From the NCBI GenBank assembly GCA_002352285.1, contig DEIC01000011.1, positions 480 to 64,479 on the forward strand: 64,000 bases of DNA, read 5' to 3'. Below the pieces are notes generated by a model that had not been told where the DNA came from, made no database searches, and saw only the letters and a program-made list of their open reading frames with translations. Below are positions 1 to 8,111 of the stretch, in pieces (the first letter of the stretch is position 1; each line of letters opens with the position of its first letter). This stretch comes from Alphaproteobacteria bacterium UBA2784 (GTDB taxonomy: Bacteria; Pseudomonadota; Alphaproteobacteria; Micropepsales; Micropepsaceae). Made by a program: the position numbers and the translations under genes.

Positions 1-534
1 GTTGCCAAGAAGACCGGAGCCAAGCGCGCCCCGAACAAGTCCAAGACCGCCCCCAAGGCGGAAAAGATCAACAAGGCCGAGTTCAAGGCCGAAGCCAACG
101 GCGCCGAGAACTTCATCGAGCGCGCCCGCGAAGTGTTTGAAGAGCGCGCCGAGCGCGTGATGGACGCCTTCGCCGGCGTGCGTGAGCGTTTTGCCGACAT
201 GCGCCTTGGCGCGACCGACGTGGCCGAAGTCCTGCGCAATTCGTGGGAACTGGCCGCGTCCAGCGCCCGCGACGTCAACATGCAGATCATTGACTTCGCC
301 CAGGCCGACCTGAACCGCCTCTTCGACGCCCAGCGCAAGATGCTCAAGGCGAAGTCGCTGCGCGAAGCCGCCGAGATCCAGGCGAATTTCTTCCGCACCC
401 AGTTCGAGCTGGGCGTGAAGCAGACCCGCAAGGTCTCGGAGATGGCCGTTGAGTCGACCAAGGAAGTCTTCGAGCCGATCACCACGGGCTTCTCGGAAAT
501 GCTTGAGAAGACCGGTCTGCGCAAGGCGGCCTGA
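1..534 (+). CDS. phasin family protein (PHA granule-associated); open at the window start, or GTG start at 133
   Basis: Frame 1 is open from base 1 to TGA 532-534. The helical segment AKSLREAAEIQANFFRTQFE is typical of Phasin_2 proteins. Bases 1-132 encode a Lys/Ala/Pro-rich tail. A hairpin terminator follows. Confidence 0.7.
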   Translation, partial: VAKKTGAKRAPNKSKTAPKAEKINKAEFKAEANGAENFIERAREVFEERAERVMDAFAGVRERFADMRLGATDVAEVLRNSWELAASSARDVNMQIIDFAQADLNRLFDAQRKMLKAKSLREAAEIQANFFRTQFELGVKQTRKVSEMAVESTKEVFEPITTGFSEMLEKTGLRKAA

Positions 535-590
535 GGCCCTTTGCCAACCCGATAAAGCACAAAGGGTCGAAAAACCCTCGCGCTTTGGAA

Positions 591-624
591 AGGCAGCCCT
601 CCCCCCGGGCTGCCTTTTCTTTTG
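591..624 (+). terminator. rho-independent terminator after the phasin gene
   Basis: 9-bp stem AGGCAGCCC / GGGCTGCCT followed by TTTTCTTTT. Confidence 0.75.
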
Positions 625-762
625 GGCCGGGGCTTCAAAATGTTCGTGGTTAACATCGCGGGCCAAAACCGGCCCCGATCACGCAGCCGTTAGACGGCCC
701 GGAAGGTTTTGCCCTATATCTTCACCTGATACTGCAAGAACCAGCCGGTTTCGGGCCAGCAC

Positions 763-2571
763 GTGAGGCGCTCCATGATTGTCTTCAAGACATTCTTTCT
801 CTGGGTGATGCGCATGTTCCGCAATGCGGTGAATGTGATCTTCACATTCATTGCGTTGCTGATCCTGCTTTTTGTCGGCGCATCAGTCTGGGGCATGTTG
901 AGCGACAAGGGCCTGCCGCCCGCCATCGTGCTGACGCTTGACCTGCGCGGCGGCATGACAGACCAGCCGACCTTCCCGCCCTTTGGCATTGGCAGCGTGC
1001 CTGTCGCCATGACCGATCTGGTGCAGGGCCTCGAACGCGCCGAAACCGACCCGCGCGTAAAAGGCATCGTCATCCGCGTTGGCGGCGGCGTGTCTTTCGC
1101 CCATGCGCAGGAACTGCGCGCCGCGCTCGCTTCATTCCGCGCGCAGGAAAAATTCGTCATCACCCATTCGCAGGCGTTCTACACCACGGCGCTCTCCGAA
1201 TATTATCTGGCGACAACGGCCGACCAGATCTGGCTTCAGCCGTCGTCGATGCTGAATTCGGCCGGCATTGTCACTTCGACCGTCTTCTTGCGCGGCCTCT
1301 TTGATCTGGTAGGCGCCGAGGTCTATTTCGCCCAGCGCTACGAGTACAAGAACGCTGCCAACGTCTATACCGAAACCGACTTCACGGATGCCCACCGCGA
1401 GGCAACCGGCGGTCTCATCAACTCGATTTACGAGTCGCTGATGGGCGACATGGCGGCCGCGCGCAACATGAGCGTTGAAGAGTTCAAGGCGCTCATCAAT
1501 GCTGGCCCCTATACGACCGAAACGGCGTTGCAGGCCAGGCTGATCGATTTCCCTGGCTTTGACGATGACGCCGAACGCGCGGCGCTCGACCGTGCGGGCG
1601 CAGATTCCGACACCGTCGATTTCTATGCCTATTACGCGCGCGAACGCAGCCCGTACGAGGCGCCGATGGCGGGCGCGACCGTGATCGCACTCGTGGGCGG
1701 CGAAGGCGGCATCAATGACGGCTATTCGGGCTCCGATTTCTCCGGTGACATGGTGATGGGCGGCGACACGATTGCCCAGGCCATCCGCGACGCCACCGCA
1801 GACGAGGAAGTGCGCGCCATCGTCTTCCGTGTCTCGTCGCCCGGCGGTTCCGCGATTGCATCCGATCAGGTGCTCGATGCGGTGCGCAAGGCGCGCGGTG
1901 CAGGCAAGCCCGTGATCGTCTCGATGGGCCCGGTTGCCGCTTCGGGCGGCTATTATGTGTCGCTTGATGCCGACTGGATCTTTGCCCAGCCCGCAACGAT
2001 CACAGGCTCGATTGGTGTTCTGTCGGGCAAGATCAATCTGACCGGCGCCTATAACATGATCGGCCTGTCGCCCCGTACGCTTTCGGTTGGCAACAATGCC
2101 GATGCGATGTCGGAGTTCACGGGCTTCACGCCCGAGCAGTGGGAGATGTTCAACAAGCAGGTGGACAACATCTACTGGGACTTCACGCAGAAGGTTGCTG
2201 ATGGCCGCTCGATCCCGGTTGATCGCGTGCGCTGGGAAATCGGCAAGGGCCGCGTGTGGTCGGGCGCCGATGCGCTGCGGCTTGGCCTGATCGACGAGTT
2301 CGGCGGCTTGCGCGCTGCAATCGCCAAGGCCCGTGACATGTCAGGCGGCGCGGCCGACCAGCCGGTGCGGTTGAAGGTCTATCCCGAGCCCATGAGCGCC
2401 TGGCAGCAAATAGTCTCGGCCAGTGTCAGCGTCGAATCCGGCTTCATCAAGCTCGCCCGCATTGCCGATGCGCTCGACATGAAGAGCGTGCGCGACATGC
2501 TGACCGCGATGGAGGCGGCCGACGAACCGGTCTTGATGGAAACGCGCATGCCCGAGATGGAGCTGCGTTGA
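763..2571 (+). CDS. sppA: signal peptide peptidase SppA, 67K type
   Basis: 602-aa ORF with an N-terminal TM segment and two S49-type halves (FRVSSPGGSAIASDQV, MGPVAASGGYYVS). Confidence 0.85.
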   Translation: MRRSMIVFKTFFLWVMRMFRNAVNVIFTFIALLILLFVGASVWGMLSDKGLPPAIVLTLDLRGGMTDQPTFPPFGIGSVPVAMTDLVQGLERAETDPRVKGIVIRVGGGVSFAHAQELRAALASFRAQEKFVITHSQAFYTTALSEYYLATTADQIWLQPSSMLNSAGIVTSTVFLRGLFDLVGAEVYFAQRYEYKNAANVYTETDFTDAHREATGGLINSIYESLMGDMAAARNMSVEEFKALINAGPYTTETALQARLIDFPGFDDDAERAALDRAGADSDTVDFYAYYARERSPYEAPMAGATVIALVGGEGGINDGYSGSDFSGDMVMGGDTIAQAIRDATADEEVRAIVFRVSSPGGSAIASDQVLDAVRKARGAGKPVIVSMGPVAASGGYYVSLDADWIFAQPATITGSIGVLSGKINLTGAYNMIGLSPRTLSVGNNADAMSEFTGFTPEQWEMFNKQVDNIYWDFTQKVADGRSIPVDRVRWEIGKGRVWSGADALRLGLIDEFGGLRAAIAKARDMSGGAADQPVRLKVYPEPMSAWQQIVSASVSVESGFIKLARIADALDMKSVRDMLTAMEAADEPVLMETRMPEMELR

Positions 2572-2600
2572 GACGGCACCCTTCGACGAGTAAAGTATTA

Positions 2601-2628
2601 TTGACATCATGTAAGTAATATCTTACAT
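2601..2628 (+). promoter_or_regulatory. promoter-like TTGACA plus inverted repeat ATGTAAG-N6-CTTACAT upstream of the membrane protein/HTH pair
   Basis: AT-rich island in a GC-rich genome. TTGACA lies at 2601-2606. The 7-bp arms at 2609-2615 and 2622-2628 are exact reverse complements. The site is 40 bp upstream of the 2668 start. Confidence 0.5.
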
Positions 2629-2667
2629 CCCCTGCCCAAGGCGGATGCCGGCAACGGGAGATGGAAG

Positions 2668-3096
2668 ATGTCGCATCGTGAGCGCTTTGCGCTTGTCTGG
2701 GTTGTCGCCCTGGTCGTTGTGCTGGGAACCTATATGGTTCTGGTTGCGGCACTGCCCGGCTATGACGGTTTTGGTGTATCCACAAAAATCGCACTGCTGG
2801 GTGGTACGCTTGGCATACTGGCCCTTGCGGCTATCGCAACCCAAATCGCTGCACACAGTGCCGCCGACCGCCCGGAGAGTCTTGCGCTTGATGAGCGTGA
2901 CCGGCTGATTGCGGGGCGCGCTGCGGCGGCGGCCTATCATGTGCTGATCGCAGGCATGATCATTGTGGGCATCGTCATGCCCTTCAACAAAGGCGGCTGG
3001 GAGATCATCAACGCTGCACTGCTTGCCATTGCAGCAGCCGAGATCGTGCATCACGGGTTGATCTTTGCTGCTTACCGGAGGGGCGTGCGTGCCTGA
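2668..3096 (+). CDS. small polytopic membrane protein, partner of a YozG-like regulator
   Basis: 142 aa with four hydrophobic segments. Its stop overlaps the start of the downstream HTH gene. Confidence 0.65.
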   Translation: MSHRERFALVWVVALVVVLGTYMVLVAALPGYDGFGVSTKIALLGGTLGILALAAIATQIAAHSAADRPESLALDERDRLIAGRAAAAAYHVLIAGMIIVGIVMPFNKGGWEIINAALLAIAAAEIVHHGLIFAAYRRGVRA

Positions 3097-3298
3097 TCGC
3101 ACACTCTCAAACAATATCCGTGTGCTGCGTTTCATGACAGGTGAGATGACGCAGGCCGATCTTGGGAGCAAGGTCGGGGTCACACGCCAAACGATTGCGG
3201 CGATTGAAGCAGGAAAATACAGCCCGACGCTTGAGTGCGCCTTCCGCATTGCCGAAGTGTTCGGCAAGCCGCTGGAGGAGGTGTTCAGCTGGAAGTGA
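3089..3298 (+). CDS. XRE/Cro-type helix-turn-helix transcriptional regulator (YozG-like)
   Basis: NIRVLRFMTGEMTQADLGSKVGVTRQTIAAIEAGKYSPTLECAFRIAEVF is a classic HTH_XRE pattern. A GTG at 3089 is preceded by GGAGGGG; the ORF caller starts at TTG 3065. Confidence 0.8.
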   Translation: MPDRTLSNNIRVLRFMTGEMTQADLGSKVGVTRQTIAAIEAGKYSPTLECAFRIAEVFGKPLEEVFSWK

Positions 3299-3309
3299 TG
3301 ACCGGCGTT

Positions 3310-3978
3310 TCAGAACCGGAAGCGCAGGCCCACATCAAAGCTGTGCGAAGAGACGCTGAAGGAATAGTCGTCGCCGAACACGTCAGGGATGTCGGTTTCG
3401 GTTGCCGCAAAATAGCGGTAACCGGCCGACGCCACGATGCCTTCGTCGATCGGCATGGAAACGCCAGCCATCAACTGCCAGGCAAAGGTCCACGACGTTT
3501 CATCAAACGCCACCAGCAGCGGTCCTGAATCCATGTCAGCCATGATGGCAGCTGCGCCAATGCCGCCGCCGACATAGGGCTTGAACGCAAAATGATCGAG
3601 CGGGATGTCGTAATAGACATTCGCCATGATGGCCGCGACCGAAAGATCGCCATTCACGTCATAGACGTCGCCCACCAGATCAGGAACATTGATGAGGTCT
3701 TTGGTGACCTCGAACTGTTCAACCCCGCTGGTGAGGTAAAAGAACTCGCCTTCAATGCGCAGCCCGTTGGCGAACTCATAGCCAAGCGCAACCCCGCCGC
3801 CAAAGGAGTCCGTGTCTTCGACATTGACGGCAGTCAGCGCAGAATCGGCCTCGCTGTCCTCGGTCCATGCAAAGCTGCCGCGCAGGCCGAGATAGGCGCT
3901 CTCGCCGGTCACAGCCAAGGCAGCGCTGGCACACACAAGGCCAGCAATCAGGGCGACAAGGGTTCCGGTGCGGCGCAT
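3310..3978 (-). CDS. outer membrane beta-barrel protein (OmpA-like/Omp25-type porin family)
   Basis: Signal peptide ending ALA, alternating amphipathic beta strands, aromatic girdle residues, C-terminal ...GLRFRF. Confidence 0.75.
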   Translation of the reverse strand: MRRTGTLVALIAGLVCASAALAVTGESAYLGLRGSFAWTEDSEADSALTAVNVEDTDSFGGGVALGYEFANGLRIEGEFFYLTSGVEQFEVTKDLINVPDLVGDVYDVNGDLSVAAIMANVYYDIPLDHFAFKPYVGGGIGAAAIMADMDSGPLLVAFDETSWTFAWQLMAGVSMPIDEGIVASAGYRYFAATETDIPDVFGDDYSFSVSSHSFDVGLRFRF

Positions 3979-4157
3979 GGCAGGCTCCCGAGCGGCAAGT
4001 GGCCGGGAATCAGCCCCAGCCCAACACCAAAGCCTGTTGCCACAGGGGTAAATGACTGGTTAAAGCCCCCATCCTTTGCCCTAGCCGGTCCGGTCTCAGC
4101 GTCGATTGGACCTTGAAGGGAAAAGGCCGCGCACCTATGGTGCGCCCCCTTCGGCAT

Positions 4158-4234
4158 GCCGCCTTAGCTCAGTTGGTTAGAGCGCCAGATTGTGGATCTG
4201 GAGGTCCCCCGTTCGATCCGGGGAGGCGGTACCA
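4158..4234 (+). tRNA. tRNA-His (anticodon GTG), encoded CCA, no G-1
   Basis: A 77-nt cloverleaf folds by hand: acceptor GCCGCCT/AGGCGGT with G1:U72, D stem GCTC/GAGC, anticodon stem CCAGA/TCTGG with loop TTGTGGA, T arm CCCCG-TTCGATC-CGGGG, discriminator A73, then CCA. Confidence 0.9.
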
Positions 4235-4281
4235 TCCGGCCGCATTGCCCTTGATATGAAAGGAAATTCTGCGCCAGATGG

Positions 4282-5328
4282 GTGCGGAACCATTCCGGGG
4301 AACGAAGGGCAAGGACATTGGCGCAGGCGTCCCCCACTCAGGATCCGCTGCCAGTTGTTACGCCGGGCAACGACCTGCCGCCGTTGCGTGCTGGGCTTGG
4401 CCTTGCCCTTTTGATTGCCACCTTTCTTGTGGCGGCCCAATTCGTTCTTGAACTGACCCTGCGTGACGGCATCGCCGATCCGGTGGGCCGGAAGCTCGAC
4501 CTCCTGGCAGAGCAGGGCGCGAATGTGGATGTCATTCTGGTTGGCACCAGCCGCACCTTCTACGGCTTTGATCCCGTCGCCTTCTCAAGCGGCGCGCGCG
4601 AGGCGGGGTGCAACTGGACGGCCCTCAACATGGGCATCGCGATGATGGATCGCGCCACCGAGGCAGTGGTGGCCGGAACGATTGCCGATCTGCCGCCCCG
4701 CAAGCGCATCGTGCTCTTTGAGTCACTGCCTCTGATGCTCACCAGCAATGTCTCGGCAGGCCAAATCGATTTTGGCGATCTGGTCCGCTTTGGGCGCGCC
4801 GCATTGCCCGTTCAGGAAAACCGCACCGACCTTTCCCTCGACATTCTTTGGGCGGCAGACCGGATCGTGGCTTCCAGCGCGCTGATCAGCACATTTGCGC
4901 TCACTGGCCCTGACCCGATGCAGCCGGACTTTGCGCGCGGCGGCCAGCTTGTTGCCGAAAGCTATAAGCTGGCGCCGCCCGCCGCCAATCTGTTGGTGAA
5001 CACGCATTCCTGGGTATCGCCGGGCGAAGGCGCTGCAAATTTCATTGCGCTGCGAACGGAAGAGATTGCCGGCAACTGGCTGAGCGGCCTTTACGCCTTT
5101 CCGGCGCTCTCCGTCTCAGGGCGTGAGTTCGTTCTTGCGGATGAAGCGGAACGCCAGAACCTCGCTTACTTCAATCTCAACGCTGATGCCGTGCGCAGCA
5201 CGCTGACGCCAGAGGACTGGTTCGACACCTGGCATTTGAGCCGCAGCGGCGCCGACAAAGTCAGCCGCGCCCTTGGAGCTCAGCTGTGCGCCCGCTTCGG
5301 CGCGGCGATGGCGGATGAGGGCAACTGA
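4282..5328 (+). CDS. membrane-anchored SGNH/DltD-like protein, probable partner of the MBOAT acyltransferase (start uncertain, possibly near 4384)
   Basis: One N-terminal TM segment (LGLALLIATFLVAAQFVL). ILVGTSRTFYGF resembles the GSS-type nucleophile block and DTWH the D-x-x-H block of SGNH/DltD proteins. The TGA overlaps the MBOAT ATG (TGATG). Confidence 0.5.
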   Translation: MRNHSGERRARTLAQASPTQDPLPVVTPGNDLPPLRAGLGLALLIATFLVAAQFVLELTLRDGIADPVGRKLDLLAEQGANVDVILVGTSRTFYGFDPVAFSSGAREAGCNWTALNMGIAMMDRATEAVVAGTIADLPPRKRIVLFESLPLMLTSNVSAGQIDFGDLVRFGRAALPVQENRTDLSLDILWAADRIVASSALISTFALTGPDPMQPDFARGGQLVAESYKLAPPAANLLVNTHSWVSPGEGAANFIALRTEEIAGNWLSGLYAFPALSVSGREFVLADEAERQNLAYFNLNADAVRSTLTPEDWFDTWHLSRSGADKVSRALGAQLCARFGAAMADEGN

Positions 5329-6734
5329 TGCTCTTCATCGAGATCCGCTATTTCCTCTTCTTTGCGGCGTTCTTCTGCGTCTATTGGCTCTTGCGCAACA
5401 ACACGCAGCGCAAATGGCTGATGGTCGCAGCCTCCTATGGCTTCTATGCCATGTGGGACTGGCGCTGGCTCGGCCTGCTCTTCCTGTCCACAGTCGTATC
5501 GCACATCGTGGCGCGCGGCATTTTCCTGTCGCGCAGTGATGTGGAGCGGCGCTGGTGGCTGGTGCCCTCGCTCGTCTTCCACATCGGCATGCTGGGCGTC
5601 TTCAAATATTTCGATTTCTTCTCGCGCTCTTTTGCGGCGCTGCTGACATCGCTTGGCGTCACGGTTGATCCCGTCATCCTTGATCTGATGCTGCCCATCG
5701 GCATCAGCTTCTATACGCTGCACAATGTCAGCTATATCGCGGACGTTTACATGCGCCGGATCGAGGCGCGCGAGAGTTTCCTCGACATTGCAACCTTTGT
5801 GGCGTTCTTCCCGCAGCTGGTGGCGGGGCCCATTTTGCGCGCCCGCCAGTTCGTGCCGCAGCTCGACACCTTGCGCAAATTTTCCGATGTGCCGGTGCGC
5901 GCGGCTTTGTTCCTGTTTCTTGTTGGCTTCGTCAAAAAGGCCGTGCTGGCCGACAATATCGACCCGCATGTCGATGCCGTGTTTGCCGATCCCGGCGCCT
6001 ATACGGCGTGGACGGTCGCGGGAACCTCGCTCCTCTGGTCGATGCAGATCCTGCTCGACTTCTCAGGTTACTCAGACATGGGAACAGCGTCTGCGGCCCT
6101 TCTGGGCTATCGCTTTCCGCAGAACTTTTTCGCGCCGCATCTGGCCGTCAGCCCCGCTGATTACCGCCAGCGCTGGCATATCTCGCTCACCACCTGGCTG
6201 CGTGACTATCTGTTCGTGCCCTTGGGCGGCACCAAAGGCGGGCGGTGGCGGACGCACCGCAACATCTTCATTGTCAATCTGGTGTCAGGTATCTGGCATG
6301 GCGCGGCGTGGACCTTTGTGCTCTGGGGTATCTTCAACGCCATCGTCATCAGCGCCCAGCGCGAGATCGATCAGTCAGGGTTCAAGGAAAAAATTCCGCG
6401 CGCGCTGCGCATCATTTTCGGCTTTGCCATCACGCTCTATACGACAGCCTGGGTCGCCTATGCCTTCCGGGCAGACGACATCGCAACAGTCGGTCACATG
6501 CTGGCGATGAGCCATGGTCTGGCGCCCGGTGGCACACAAAGCCTGCCCGTTGATCCGCTGCTGGTCTTCTTTTCAATTCTGGCGTGCCAGTTCGTCGCCA
6601 TCCGCTTCAACATCACGCACCGGATGGAGAAGATGAACTGGTGGATTTTTGCCGTGCTGATGGGCGTCGCCTTTGCGCTGGCCTTCGCGCTGCGCTCGCC
6701 TTTTGCCCAGCCGTTTTACTATTTCCGCTTCTAG
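5328..6734 (+). CDS. MBOAT family O-acyltransferase (AlgI/DltB/PatA-like)
   Basis: 468 aa, polytopic. Typical MBOAT blocks are present: FFPQLVAGPI, DFSGYSDMG, and WHISLTTWLRDYLFVPLGG with the conserved His. Confidence 0.85.
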   Translation: MLFIEIRYFLFFAAFFCVYWLLRNNTQRKWLMVAASYGFYAMWDWRWLGLLFLSTVVSHIVARGIFLSRSDVERRWWLVPSLVFHIGMLGVFKYFDFFSRSFAALLTSLGVTVDPVILDLMLPIGISFYTLHNVSYIADVYMRRIEARESFLDIATFVAFFPQLVAGPILRARQFVPQLDTLRKFSDVPVRAALFLFLVGFVKKAVLADNIDPHVDAVFADPGAYTAWTVAGTSLLWSMQILLDFSGYSDMGTASAALLGYRFPQNFFAPHLAVSPADYRQRWHISLTTWLRDYLFVPLGGTKGGRWRTHRNIFIVNLVSGIWHGAAWTFVLWGIFNAIVISAQREIDQSGFKEKIPRALRIIFGFAITLYTTAWVAYAFRADDIATVGHMLAMSHGLAPGGTQSLPVDPLLVFFSILACQFVAIRFNITHRMEKMNWWIFAVLMGVAFALAFALRSPFAQPFYYFRF

Positions 6735-7441
6735 GCCAGATCAAACGCGACAAGCGACAACCCGTCGGGTGATGCCTCGGCGCGGATCGCATCCTCCTGC
6801 GCCATGGCCACGCCATCTCCCGCCTTCACGGCGATGCCGTTGATCTTGCCACTGCCGCCATGCACCTGCACCCAGGCGTGCCGCCCCGGCCGCAATGAAT
6901 ATTGTGCGGACCGGCCAGCCTCAAGCGCCGCCACATTCAGGCGGGCATCCTGATGGATGGCCAGCGCATCAAGGGCAGCAGATTCATCAAAGCCGGCCAC
7001 GACAGTACGGAAGCGGTTGCGGCGCTCCTCGGCAGAAAAGCTCCGTTGGTCATAGCGCGGCGCATGGCCGGTACGGTCCGGCAGCACCCACATCTGCAAG
7101 AGGTGAACAGGCTCGCTGGCCGAAGCGTTGAATTCGGAATGCGTCACGCCCGTGCCCGCGCTCATCACCTGCACTTCGCCCGGGCGGATGACCGCGCCAT
7201 TGCCCATGCTGTCACGATGCTGCAACGCGCCGGAGAGAATGAGTGTCATGATTTCCATGTCACGATGGCCGTGCGTGGGAAACCCGCCGCCGCCGGCCAC
7301 GCGGTCTTCATTGATGACGCGCAGCGCACGGAAACCCATCACTTGCGGGTCGTGATATTCGCCAAAGGAAAAGCTGTAACGCGCTTTCAGCCAGCCATAA
7401 TCGGCCTGGCCGCGCGCATCGGAAGGGCGGTGAAACAGCAT
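6731..7441 (-). CDS. pirin family protein (quercetin 2,3-dioxygenase-like bicupin)
   Basis: MLFHRPSDARGQADYGWLKARYSFSFGEYHDP...GFPTHGHRDMEIMT matches the pirin N-terminal cupin signature. The start is taken at the ATG 22 codons inside the called ORF. Confidence 0.85.
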   Translation of the reverse strand: MLFHRPSDARGQADYGWLKARYSFSFGEYHDPQVMGFRALRVINEDRVAGGGGFPTHGHRDMEIMTLILSGALQHRDSMGNGAVIRPGEVQVMSAGTGVTHSEFNASASEPVHLLQMWVLPDRTGHAPRYDQRSFSAEERRNRFRTVVAGFDESAALDALAIHQDARLNVAALEAGRSAQYSLRPGRHAWVQVHGGSGKINGIAVKAGDGVAMAQEDAIRAEASPDGLSLVAFDLA

Positions 7442-7572
7442 GGAATGGCTCCACGAATTGGTGTGTTGCCGCCAAGATGGGGCTATTCCCGCGCCATTCA
7501 AGGGCAAGCGCGGATTTCACTCCGAATGTGGTATTATGCACCCCCTGACAAGGCCGCCGTGGCGTTCCTATA

Positions 7573-7589
7573 TTTGGAACAGTTCTAAA
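7573..7589. promoter_or_regulatory. Irr iron-control element (ICE)-like box upstream of dps
   Basis: TTTGGAA-CAG-TTCTAAA matches the alphaproteobacterial ICE consensus TTTAGAA-N3-TTCTAAA at 13 of 14 positions. It lies 20 bp upstream of the dps ATG. Confidence 0.6.
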
Positions 7590-7608
7590 CTGAGAAAGGC
7601 CGAAGACA

Positions 7609-8079
7609 ATGCATCCGACATCCCACGATCTGCCCAAGGCATCGCGCGCCGCCATGGTGGCGCTGCTCAACGCCAATCTGGCGACCACGCTTGATCTGGC
7701 GCTTCAGGCCAAATACGCGCACTGGAACGTGAAGGGGCCATCCTTCATCGCGCTGCATGAGCTTTTTGATCAGGTGCACACTGCCGCAATGACCATGGCC
7801 GACACGATGGCAGAGCGCGTCACGGCGCTGGGCGGCACGGCGGGCGGCACAGCGCGCATTGTCGCAGCAAGCTCTGCCTTGAAGGAATACAGGCTGAAGG
7901 CCGCAGGCGGCGCAGAGCATGTCAAGGCGCTGGCCGCCGCGATTGCCGGTCTTGCCAAACCCGTTCGCAACGCCATCGATGCTGCCGCGCAGGCGGGCGA
8001 TGCGGGCACGTCTGATCTTTTCACGGGCGCATCGCGCGAGCTCGACAAGCTCCTCTGGCTTGTTGAGGCGCATGGGTGA
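7609..8079 (+). CDS. dps: Dps family DNA starvation/stationary phase protection protein
   Basis: 156 aa; HWNVKGPSFIALHELFD ferritin-like ferroxidase motif. Confidence 0.9.
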   Translation: MHPTSHDLPKASRAAMVALLNANLATTLDLALQAKYAHWNVKGPSFIALHELFDQVHTAAMTMADTMAERVTALGGTAGGTARIVAASSALKEYRLKAAGGAEHVKALAAAIAGLAKPVRNAIDAAAQAGDAGTSDLFTGASRELDKLLWLVEAHG

Positions 8080-8111
8080 GCGTGGCAGCTGGTGCGGAAG
8101 TGGGGGCCCCT

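Noticed and set aside
4235-4440. A genomic island integrated at tRNA-His.
   Set aside because: There is no integrase, no visible direct repeat of the tRNA 3' end downstream, and no obvious GC shift by eye in the adjacent MBOAT pair. Only the position is suggestive.
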